Of a DNA stretch of 64,000 nt, positions 1 through 11,600 are shown piece after piece (the first letter of the stretch is position 1; each line of letters starts with the position of its first letter). The translations under genes were made by a program, and so were the position numbers. The notes beneath the pieces were generated by a model. That model searched no databases and had not been told where the DNA came from. It saw nothing but the letters and a program-made list of their open reading frames with translations. Source of the DNA: Lingula anatina (Eukaryota; Animalia; Brachiopoda); assembly GCA_051362555.1 (NCBI GenBank), contig CM120640.1:51624788-51688787 (forward strand). Reading direction: 5' to 3'.

Positions 1-119
1 AAAAAAAATAGTGCAATATTTCAGAGTCATGAAAGTTACATTTTCCAAAATTGTACTATATTTTAACACATAATAGGTTTCCAAGCAGACACTATGAATT
101 ACCATTATTGAGCATTTAC

Positions 120-3100
120 CTGAACATAGTTCTTAAAATGATCAAATGCTTCTCTTCGGAAGACAAAATCATCTGGTGCCTCTTTTACTTCAGATACTCT
201 TAGGATACTTTCTCTTGCCTAAAAATAAATATGTGATATTTATAGGGAATAACGTAATAAAAAAATAAAAAAATAAAAAAACATATTTTGGTCATGTCAT
301 TTTGATAATACTTACTTTATAAGCTAAATTTTCCTTTGATGCTAAATGATTTGTATGTTTCCCAAAGTGCTTCTTATTAAACATTGCTTTGGCAAAGGGT
401 ATACTTTTTCCAGGATCTGCAACCTAAAAACAAAACTCTATAAGATTTATAAATTAAATTAGATTTTTTTTCACATCAACTTTGATCATCATTGCCACTG
501 CCTCAGTGAAAGCAGTACCATTCTTTAAATACTTAAAGGTAATTCTCTGTTTTTGAAAATGAAGTCATAGTTTCTATGTCTACATACTTTTAAAATATTA
601 ACCCATCTAATAAATAAACCTGATGTAAAAATATCCTTCTAAAATATATTTGGACATTGAAGTTTAAATGATTAGCCAATCATTTAGAACTAAATAATTC
701 AATTAGAAACAGTACATAAGATACTGAAGTGCAAAGTGCAGGGGCAGGCCAAGCAAATGCATTGATTTGTGAGTAAGAACGAATTGCTTATTTTGAGGAA
801 AATTCAGTTTGGCAGGAAAATCCCAGAGTAGATACTTTTAAGATACATGAAATCAAACTGATTGAGACATATACCTAAAAGGGCCTAATAGCATGATTGA
901 TCCTTCAAAAAAGGGGAAAAGGAAGGTGGAGCTGGATTTTTTTCCTTTTCATAAATTTATGAAATTCTTTGGCTATCAACTTGAGAAAAGGAATACCAAA
1001 CTTTATATAAAACTGTATTAACATATCCATCAAATGATTTTTGTTTATTATTTAAGAAAGCTTGATATTTACTACTATCATCACTGAATGTGATTTATAC
1101 TGCTCCCCAAAATGGGTCAATTAAAGCTGTAAGAGATGGCCGTTTAAGACCCCATTCCCAGAGATTAGATCGATCTACTTTAGATCGACCTAACTCCCTG
1201 GGGGTTCACGCTAAATAGCTGTCAGACGAGCAGGCACTAAAGTTAATTACCCCCTTACAGCTTGTAGTAGGCAGGACGGACATTTAAGCCGGATTATCTG
1301 ACAGTAATCTAGTGAGACTCCCCGCAGGGATAGATCGATCTAAAATCTCTGGGAATGCACTCTAAGATTGAAAGACAGGCAGACAGCCCAATGTTGGAGG
1401 GGGTAAGGATGCAGTGATGGTTGATAGTGATACACTTACTGATACAGTATGTGCAAATGTTACTGAAGTTCCTTCTGGCTTAATTATTTGACTGTCCATC
1501 ATGTTTAAACTTCTGACATCAGATGGGCTAACTTTTTGCTGAACTGTATGATTTTCCTGTTCATTTATGCTGCCCGATGATGTTTTTGTCAAATATTGCC
1601 TTTCAATATCACTGACTTCATCAAGACTTAGGTTACTGACAGTGCAGTTCTGAAATCGAGACAAATCCTGACCAGAGTTTTGGAGTACTTCTGAAGTAAC
1701 ACGACCAGTGATAGGAATAACAGCAGTCAGTTTTCCTTCAGAAGATGCATTGGAAAACTGGCTGACTGAGGAAGATGTTCTCTTCAGTTTCAGTTGCAAG
1801 TGTCTGTCAACAATATCATCAACATAACCCTTGTATGCTTGGTCAGACTGAAAATTGAACTGTATGTTTTTTGCACCAGGAATCCTGGGTATTTTTTGAC
1901 TGCTATCTGATTTAGATAACTTAGATGTATCCATGGCATCTTGGGTATTTTCCTTAACAGGTGAAAAACTTATATTACTTTCACATTCCATTTGTGTATA
2001 GGCTGGTTTTGCTAAATCTATAAAAGATTCTTTGTTTTCAAACTCAGAAAGCAAGGGTCCTCCAATTTGACTGTCATCCTTTCCAAGTTCCTTCCTAGTT
2101 TGTGAAAGAAACCGTGTTAAATGTTTTCCCTTTACACTGGAAGTTTGTGAATTGTCTGTTTTTCTGGGAGATTCTTCAACATTTGCAAAAGAGCTTTGGC
2201 ATCTATTAATAGTGTGAATACACTTTGAAGCATCTGAGAACCTTGCTTTGGAGATGATTCCCCTGTTTGCATCCCACTCACCAGTGACAGATTCAAAAGA
2301 TAGCGATCTGTGTTTTGTCTGAAAATGAGCTTAAGCTTACTTTCTTTGTTCATGAATATGTCATTTATGAATAATTACAAAATATGTTTTATATTCTTAT
2401 GAGATGTCTTAAAAATGAATCACATTTAGATTTAAATGTAACATAATATTTTCAATATCAATCAAATGCATTTTTCATTATCAATTACATGTACATTTTA
2501 AAGTTATGTTATCACTGATAAGTAGGTAATATTATATTTATACACTAACTTTTGACAATAAATTAACCTAAGCTAATATTGTGTACATAAAAAATGTCCA
2601 GTCATATACAACCAATCATATACAGGCTGGCTTCAATATTTAAACATTACAGTTTACCCCATCCCTAGGCTCAATTGCTTCATCTTCTGCTTCCAAGATC
2701 TCTTCTAGTCCATCTTCATGCAAGCTTTCTACATTGACCTGTGATAATGTATCTTGTAGATGTTTTATAATGTCATCTGTAGGATTTTTTTGGCCTGGCC
2801 AGAACTCTCGAAGGTTGATTCCAACATGGCCAGACTACAGAGACAAAATTATATTGTGAATAATGGAATAATTTCTACCTTGGGTGCACTCAGTACAAAA
2901 ATCAGTGCTGATAGTTTATTAATTCAAAAATTTACTGCTAAAAAAGTTTTGTTAGGTTTTTAGTGAGAAGATTCCATAGTTCAAAGGTTCAATATGGTCT
3001 GAAAGTTACTAAGAGAGACAAGTTTTAAGTCTACATTTGCTTGGGAGAATTTTAAGAAGTTCATTAGAATTGAGACACATTCTTAGCTTTGCTATTTTTG

Positions 3101-3725
3101 ACATATCTAATTAACTTTATTGCTATATATATAGTAATAATGCTTTACTATTATTTGCTTGTCATTTCCTTGCTTATATATTAATAGTAATAATTTACCT
3201 TTACTTGATTGGTCAACCTCTCCTGCCACCTTTCCATCTCAAGGCCGTCATCTTCTGAAACTCCTAAAAAACTCCCAACTACATGGGCAATTTCTCGACT
3301 CTTTGTCTTCACAAATGATCTCTAGAAGAAAACGTGTCAGGCAATGAATAAAAGAAAGGATAGACTATGCCAAATAAATGATGATTGCTGACTGACAGAC
3401 CTGGAAATTAATAGCCTTGTTGGTTCTCCGGTTCTGTTTGATAATACTATTTGCGTTCTGAAATAATACCAATTCAAGTGTTAAATGTGATAAAACACCC
3501 AGTTAATTCAGTCAGAGAGGAAACAATGCCGATGTCCTCACTGACATAAATTTAGCTTGTACGATTTATTTTTGAATTCGAATAGCGACACAGCTACTAC
3601 TAGTTTCGTTATTCGTTTTATTTTAGACTGTATCTACCATTTTAAATAAATACCTTAGCCAGCTGTGAAGAATCTTTCATTCCAGTCGATTGGCTTTTTC
3701 TAAACATAACTACTTTGTCAAACAT
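120..3725 (-). CDS. 5' portion of a multi-exon gene that continues past the left edge; uncharacterised protein, possibly the N-terminal cytoplasmic region of an inactive rhomboid (iRhom)-like protein
   Basis: Six exons with canonical AG/GT ends, all phase 0 and multiples of 3, join into one open frame: 3725-3654 (MFDKVVMFRK...), 3321-3199 (RSFVKTKSREIAHVVGSFLGVSEDDGLEMERWQERL...), 2834-2658, 2318-1440 (contains ORF 1362..2054, Ser-rich and low-complexity), 423-316 and 218-120 (...DDFVFRREAFDHFKNYVQ). The FLGVS...W motif resembles the iRhom N-terminal WFGVS...W motif, judged from memory and weak. Confidence 0.7.
1148..1362. mobile_element. PIF/Harbinger-like MITE (~215 bp)
   Basis: Terminal inverted repeats GACCCCATTCCCAGAGATTAGATCGATCTA ... 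TAGATCGATCTAAAATCTCTGGGAATGCACTC, flanked by TAA on both sides (1145-1147, 1363-1365). A second copy lies in reverse orientation at ~53490-53715. Confidence 0.8.
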
Positions 3726-3866
3726 AGATCTATGTCTTAAATTAGATTAAAAATAAAATACCAGCCAATACAAGCAGACGATCCGAATTGCGTCAAATTC
3801 CGCTTTGTGGTTGTCGCTATTCGTAGTCTTGAAAAATTCTTGCAAAAGATGGCGCCATGGTACATG

Positions 3867-3894
3867 GTGTGTGTGTGTGTGTGTGTGTGTGTGT
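3867..3894. repeat. (GT)n microsatellite
   Basis: Uninterrupted GT dinucleotide run. Confidence 0.95.
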
Positions 3895-5658
3895 ATCTTG
3901 ACGAATAGTCTAGTTTCACTTTCACAAATAATGATAATAAAATCAATGAAAATTGAATTGCAGAATAAGAAATTTAACATGTACGGGTGAATATTTTCTT
4001 GCAGGCTTTTTATTTGTTAAAACTAACAATTTAAGCGCAATGAGATTGAAAGATGTTTCAATGGACCTTAATTACGCCGCAGCATTATTTATTTACGACC
4101 CCCCATCCCACCTACGTACCTCTACGACGCCGCATCTTTACTCCCCAATAAATACATTCCCCCTGGTGAAATGCGACATATAAAACATTTTTGTTTTCAA
4201 AAATACTCTTTTCAAAGCCCGAAAGTAACACATTTTAAATCATCATTTAAATCTGCCGATAGAACTTCTGGGGACGTTTCTTTAATTTTATAACGATGAG
4301 GTGGAGTATGGACGCAGGGGAATAACGATACAGGGGCTTTTTGATACGCGTAGCCTAATATCATTATTTTGCTAAGGAGTGTGACGATGCGGGAGAGTAG
4401 GCCTAACAATGCCGGTACATTGGAGTCTACAAAAAAGCGATAAAATTTCTTTTCCGCTGATATCTTTATCTCCAAGTAATGTAAAGATAAAACAATAATA
4501 TAGGCCTACCTTTGTTAAGTTTTGACACAAAGGATTATCTACATTACTTTTAACTGCAGTAATTTATTAGATAAAATTATCCATGGTTTGCAATTTCTGT
4601 CCGATGGGTATTTGTCTTCTATTTTCGGTTTTTGATAGACTCATTTCTTTCATAGTTTATAGAGAGCTTTTACACATTTCCAGTCGCATGCCTCGGCTAA
4701 CCTTTTTAGTTTATGTGACGTGAAACTGCAAGTAATGCATGCATATTATGTTCTATAAAGTATTAACAGAAAGGAAGCAAAGGACAAATCCGATAAGAAA
4801 AAGAATAAAACATTTTAAAGAAACGATCCTGGTCAAACTTGTGGCTAACGCAGTGCCAACGAGTGGGATTTTTTTTTCGTCACAGACATCTCCTACAGCT
4901 TTGGGACTCGAACTACGGGGTGCCTTCATTTCTAACTCGCGCCACGATCTTGTATCTTCTGACAGTTTTGTATATTTTAATTGTTCGGTTTCGTTTTAAC
5001 ATTTATTTGGTGGTTTTTGAGGAGTAAGGAATTTCGTATAATTAACTTTTTATAAATAAATAAATAAAAGGCACGTTAAATTCTGAAAACAAAAGGAACG
5101 GTATTACAAGTTCTTAATAAAAACAATCATTAAAAAATAACCATTGCCTACTTTTTCAGCAAATTTAATATTGAATAACATTTAGGTAGAGTGATTATAA
5201 GTTCTTGTCAGTTTGCTAAATTCCAGTGATACATGTAGGAGTACTATAGCCTACAGCGTTAGTGTAAAGGAGCAGTTTGTCAAACTGCTGCATCAAGGAA
5301 AAGAAAAACTTGTTTCCCCTTCAAAATATCGAAAATTTAATCAAAACCATGGAAACTTGAACAACAATTCAATCTCCTATCCCTTGATGTGTACAAAACT
5401 TGCTGAGGTTCAAATATCCATATAACTGCACCCTAATTCATGAAAGTTCACATACTGCCCTTAATCTGCAACTCTGTGATTCAGATTCTAGTGTGTCCAT
5501 CCATGTCCATCGGAGAGATAAGTTATCGCTATCAATATAGATATTCAAGCATTATCATTAATGTCCATTATACACACTGACACACAAATAATATAAGTTA
5601 TCTCCATATATTTGTGTGTTTATATAAGTGTGTGGGGTTCTGGCACTATCATTCCTGT

Positions 5659-8600
5659 CTACTGCATTGGAGTAGGTGCAGGCACACTCATCAGTGGGGA
5701 GTTGATGTGTTCTTCTAGTGGTGCTGGGCTAGGCTGGTAGGTGTTGATCTTATCACTTAGTAACTGGAATGTGGTATGAACTGCTTCACTATGCTGAAAA
5801 AAGGGGAAAAATCATTAAGCTTGCTGAATAAATCCATCACACATAAATGATACTTTCACAGATAAACATCATATCTATTATAATACCATTTACATAGACT
5901 AAATTCATATCTAAAATAGTTATTATGTCTGCATTCAAAATTTTATCATTAACCATGCTGCTAATACCCATATCTACAGGGTGTCCCAAAAAATACTCAA
6001 TCTGACTGGCCATTACTCAAAAATCTTGTTTGAATTAAGATGTTTATTGACACAGACCAAGTCTATTTAGTTCAATCAAAGAAAATAACAATTGAATAAC
6101 TAGAGGATCAGAGAGGCGATACCGCCTCCGAATATTGTACCACCAGCTGGAGCAAGCGCATTCGTATAGACCCCCACATACACAAAATAAGGGACACAGC
6201 CACCAGTCTTATGCTTGACAAGCTATAAAAATGCAATCAACAAGAATTTTCAAAATACGCAAAAAATATATATAACTTAAAATGGTACAATCAAAGTTAA
6301 GTTCATCGTAAGGTAGGTCAAAGGTCAATTTCAAGGTCGCAGTAAATTGCCAGTATATGACTTCCTATTCAACTTCAATAGTAACTATGGACCTATCTCT
6401 GCCAGGTTTGGAGTTAAAAGAGAAAGAAATTAGCAGAGTTCAGTTCATGATTATAAGTAGGTCAAAGGTCAATTTGAAGGTCACGTATAGATTGCCAGTA
6501 TATGACTTCCTATTCAACTTCAATAGTAACTATAGACCTATCTCTGCCAGTTTTGGAGATATAAGGGACTAAATGTTATAATTTTGGAGATAAAAGGAAA
6601 CCAAAATTTGCAAAGTTCAGTTCATGGTGAAAAGTAGGTCAAAGGTCAATTTCAAGGTCACAGTAAGATTGCCAGTATATGACTTCCTATTCAAGTCCAA
6701 TAGAAACTACGGACCTATCTCTGCCAGTTTTGGAGATAAAAGGGAAGCAAAATTTGCAATGTTCAGTTCATGGTAAAAAGTAGGTCAAAGGTCAATTTTA
6801 AGGTCACATTTAGATTGCCAGTATATGACTTCCTATTCAAGTTCAATAGTAACTATGGACCTATCTCTGCCAGTTTTGGAGACAAAAGGGAAGCAAAATT
6901 TGCAAAGTTCAGTTCATGGTTAAAAGTATGTCAAAGGTCAATTTTAAGGTCACATATATATTGCCAGTATATGACTTCCTATTCAAGTTCAATAGTAACT
7001 ATGGACCTATCTCTGCCAGTTTTGGAGATAAAAGGAAAGAAAAATTTGCAAAGTTCAGTTCATGGTGAAAAGTAGGTCAAAGGTCAATTTTAAGGTCACA
7101 TTTATATTGCCAGTATATGACTTCCTATTCAAGTTCAATAGTAACTATGGACCTATCTCTGCCAGTTTTGGAGATATAAGGGACTAAATGTTATAATTTT
7201 GGAGTTACCATAATGTGCCTTAAATTTCGAACAGAAAAAATTAATTAAAATAAAGAAAATGTCATTTTGGTCAAAATTCTTGAAATAGGAGGTGCTCTGA
7301 AGTTTCAGAAGTTCAAGTTTGATGAAATAATGTCATTTTTGAACACAAGTTGTCTGCTTTGCCAAGCCTTATGTTTTATTTTTCCAGAGTTCAAAATTTA
7401 TTATCCATTACCGTACTGCACATTTTGCTTTTACCACCAATATGTACTTTTTGATACAGCGTAACTCGAAAACCGTATGGAATACAAAAAAACCGAGACC
7501 ACCTCCAGTATTGGGCTTTACATGCAAAGTTCAATTCATGGTGAAAAGTAGGTCAAAGGTCAATTTTAAGGTCACATTTATATTGCCAGTATATGACTTC
7601 CTATTCAAGTTCAATAGTAACTATGGACCTATCTCTGCCAGTTTTGGAGATAAAAGGGAAGCAAAATTTGCAAAGTTCAGTTCATGGTGAAAAGTTGGTC
7701 AAAGGTCAATTTTAAGGTCACATTTAGATTGCCAGTATATGACTTCCTATTCAAGTTCAATAGTAACTACGGACCTATCTCAGCCAGTTTTGGAGATAAA
7801 AGGAAAGCAAAATTTGCAAAGTTCAGTTCATGGTGAAAAGTAGGTCAAAGGTCAATTTTAAGGTCACATTTAGATTGCCAGTATATGACTTCCTATTCAA
7901 GTTCAATAGTAACTATGGACCTATCTCTGACAGTTTTGGAGATAAAAGGGAAGAAAAATTTGCAAAGTTCAGTTCATGGTGAAAAGTAGGTCAAAGGTCA
8001 ATTTTAAGGTCACATATAGATTGCCCTTATATGACTTCCTATTCAAGTTCAATAGTAACTATGGACCTATCTCTGCCAGTTTTGGCGATAAAATGGAAGA
8101 AAAATTTGCAAAGTTCAGTTCATGGTGAAAAGTAGGTCAAAGGTCAATTTTAAAGTCACATATAGATTGCCAGTATATGACTTCCTATTCAAGTTCAATA
8201 GTAACTATGGACCTATCTCTGCCAGTTTTGGAGATATAAGGGACTAAATGTTATAATTTTGGAGTTACCATAATGTGCCTTAAATTTCGAACAGAAAAAA
8301 TTAATTAAAATAAAGAAAATGTCATTTTGGTCAAAATTCTTGAAATAGGAGGTGCTCTGAAGTTTCAGAAGTTCAAGTTTGATGAAATAATGTCATTTTT
8401 GAACACAAGTTGTCTGCTTTGCCAAGCCTTATGTTTTATTTTTCCAGAGTTCAAAATTTATTATCCATTACCGTACTGCACATTTTGCTTTTACCACCAA
8501 TATGTACTTTTTGATACAGCGTAACTCGAAAACCGTATGGAATACAAAAAAACCGAGACCACCTCCAGTATTGGGCTTTACATGCAAAGTTCAATTCATG

Positions 8601-11600
8601 GTGAAAAGTAGGTCAAAGGTCAATTTTAAGGTCACATTTATATTGCCAGTATATGACTTCCTATTCAACTTCAATAGTAACTATAGACCTATCTCTGCCA
8701 GTTTTGGAGATATAAGGGACTAAATGTTATAATTTTGGAGCTACCATAATGTGCCTTAAATTTCGTACAGAAAAAAATTAATTAAAATAAAGAAAATGTC
8801 ATTTTGGTCAAAATTCTTGAAATAAGAGGTGCTCTGAAGTTTCAGAAGTTCAAATTTGATGAAATAATGTCATTTTTGAACACAAGTTGTCTGCTTTGCC
8901 AAGCCTAATGTTTTATTTTTCCAGAGTTCAAAATTTATTATCCATTACCGTACTGCACATTTTGCTTTTACCACCAATATGTACTTTTTGATACAGCGTA
9001 ACTCGAAAACCGTATGGAATACAAAAAAACCGAGACCACTTCCAGTGTTGGGCTTTACATGCTCTACAAAATGCAAAAAAGAATGGGTCTCTAGCATTAA
9101 CGGTTCCCGAATTAGAGACAGTTTTCAGTTTCGGTATCTTATGGCCGCTACTCCCGTGAAAATGCACCGATTGACCCCAAATTCATGGAGATGAAAGATG
9201 ACCTGAAGGATAACACTTTCCAATAATATTATTGGTTAAGTCTGTGTGGTGTCTGAATAACAGGGCAAAAAAATTTTTTTTCGTAAAAAATTTCATTTTT
9301 TTGAAAATTTTGGCCCATTTGACCTTGAAGTAAAGGTCAAAGGTCAAATCCAAGGGTATATTTGAAATCTACACATATGACTTTTGGAAAGCCGTCTATA
9401 GAAATTTTTCCCATAACTCCTTCCGTAGGGTAGATAATTAGCATTTAATTTTGCCATTTTTAGACAAGGGTGCATTGCAATGAGTGCCACACCCAGACCC
9501 CAATACCGACAAAGCCCAAATTTTACGTGGAACGAGTTGAGATTATAGGTGACCTAAATCCATGAGATGGGTATGGGGGGCCTTACCGTCTAGGAGGAGA
9601 AGCGGTAACGGTAGCCGTCCGGCGGAGCCGGCGGAACGATCCGGACGAGACCGAAACCATGTGTACCGCCAGCGCTAACGCTGGTGGTACAATAACAAAA
9701 TAACTTGGCATAAAAGAAAACTTCAATGTTCTCAAAAAAAAAAAATAAATAAAATAAATAAAATAAATAAATAAATAAATATAAATATATATATATATAT
9801 ATATAAAAGCAGTAATGGTCAGTGAAAGAGTGAGTACTTTTTTTTTTTTTTTTTTTGGGGGGGGGGGGGTATGTGCAGAGAAATGTTCACTGTGAGTTAT
9901 CCCACTCCCTACCTCAGTACTTGGTTTCATTGCTGTCATTAGTGCCTCTAACCTGTGTGGTGGCAGGCGGTGGTGGACATACCAGACCAGACGCAGTGTA
10001 TGTCTCAAAGCACTCTCTTTAGAAATGCTGGGCTGCAAGTGACAGCATATTCAAAGTTATTCTTTATAAAACTAACACCAATTTGTGAATAAACTTAATA
10101 TGATTATTGTGTTTGAGTTAGTATGTCATGTTTATATACTGCGATTTCCATCTATGTCCACATAACAGGCCCGTAGCCAGCAATTTCAAAAGGGGGGTTC
10201 TTTTTCCAAAAAAGTGGACCTTTTACAGTGAAACCTTTGTGTACCTAGCTCAGATTTTACCCAGATTGGACCTTTTCCTGACAAAAAGGGCGGTGCTTTC
10301 AAACCCCCTGAACCCCCCTGGCTACGGGCCTGCATAAGAAGACCCAATGTCAGATAAATGATATACTCCTCCACTCTGAAAAGATTTACATTGGAAAAGT
10401 ATTATAAGAAATAAATTAAAACATAAATCAAGATTCTTACCAACATCAATTCATCAAATACAGCCATACAGAAGTCCTCCTGGCTGAACTCCTCAGCCAT
10501 TAAGATGAGATAGGACACTAAGGAGTGCATCATGGTGTCATCATACGCCCTCTCATTCTCACAGGATGATAGCTCAGGGAGCACCCTCATCAACGTCACT
10601 TTGTCCTTCTGCTTCATAGCATGGAGAGCATGATGCAGGGCTATGATGCTGGCCACCTCACTGTTTCGTATGAAGCGTATATACTGCTCTGGAGGATTTC
10701 TAGTCTCTTCTAATTTCTCATCAGGTATTTTTGCACAGATGCTTCGAATGTTGTCATCCACTAGCATGGACACAATGCCTGGTAGGAAACGTGTCACGAT
10801 GTTTACATCCTATAGTGAAAAAATATTGACAAAACTTTTGTTTTTCAGTGCTTTAAAGGTACATATGAACCGAGCGTCGGTCGAGTGTGGATTCCCAGTA
10901 ACACATATAAACCACTTCTACTAGTTTCTTAAACGTTTCAAATAAATTCAACATGCCAAGGGATAAACTGAATAAATCACTCGATCAGACATAAAAGAGC
11001 TTTAGACTGCTTTCTTTAAAATTTTGGTCAGAAATTTAACCTACTTATCTGACCTACTTTTCTGCCTCATTCATATACGCACAGTACAGAAAGCTAGTAG
11101 ATTAATTAAAATATCATTTTTCGAGTAATATTAAACAATGTCTTTTGGTAATTATCTTAGTTATAGTTTATACTATTTGAAACTACATGCTGGCATTTGG
11201 TTTGCCTTTGTGGCAAAAAATTGACTTCATATGCATCTTTAAAGACACAAACATTCTACTACTTTCCATTTTAATCTTGAAAAAAAATTGCATTGTGTAC
11301 ATCCTGCTTTTGCATGAAATATTAATTCTGTAAAAGAACAACCAGATAAAAGATGAAAGTATGTCTGTCAAGCACCTGTCATATTTATTTTTGGGCAATC
11401 TACAGATTCAATATTGCTATTTACTTACCAGTTTTGGTTCTTTAAACACTTGGCTATCAATCATTTCCCAAGACCCAATTCCAAGCACTAACATTCTAAG
11501 CAACAGCAGTATATCTTCATTGTTCTGGATTAAAAGTATATGAAAGTCAGAAGAAATGACTTCAATTTTATGCAGTTTCATATGAAGACTTCTGCACTAT

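Noticed and set aside
533-841. Possible TTAA-flanked MITE in an intron of the left gene (a similar case at ~43736-43924)
   Set aside because: The terminal repeats are too degraded to support boundaries.
6290-9062. Regularly spaced repeats suggestive of a CRISPR array; repeated short ORFs (6357..6572, 6770..7075, 7267..7464, 8327..8524 and others)
   Set aside because: The units are fully repeated with no unique spacers, there are no cas genes, and the context is a eukaryotic intron. The ORFs are by-products of the satellite.
9583-10038. 151-aa ORF with poly-Pro, poly-Lys and (YI)n tracts
   Set aside because: Only 10032-9913 is a real NELF-B exon. The rest is read-through into intronic simple repeats.
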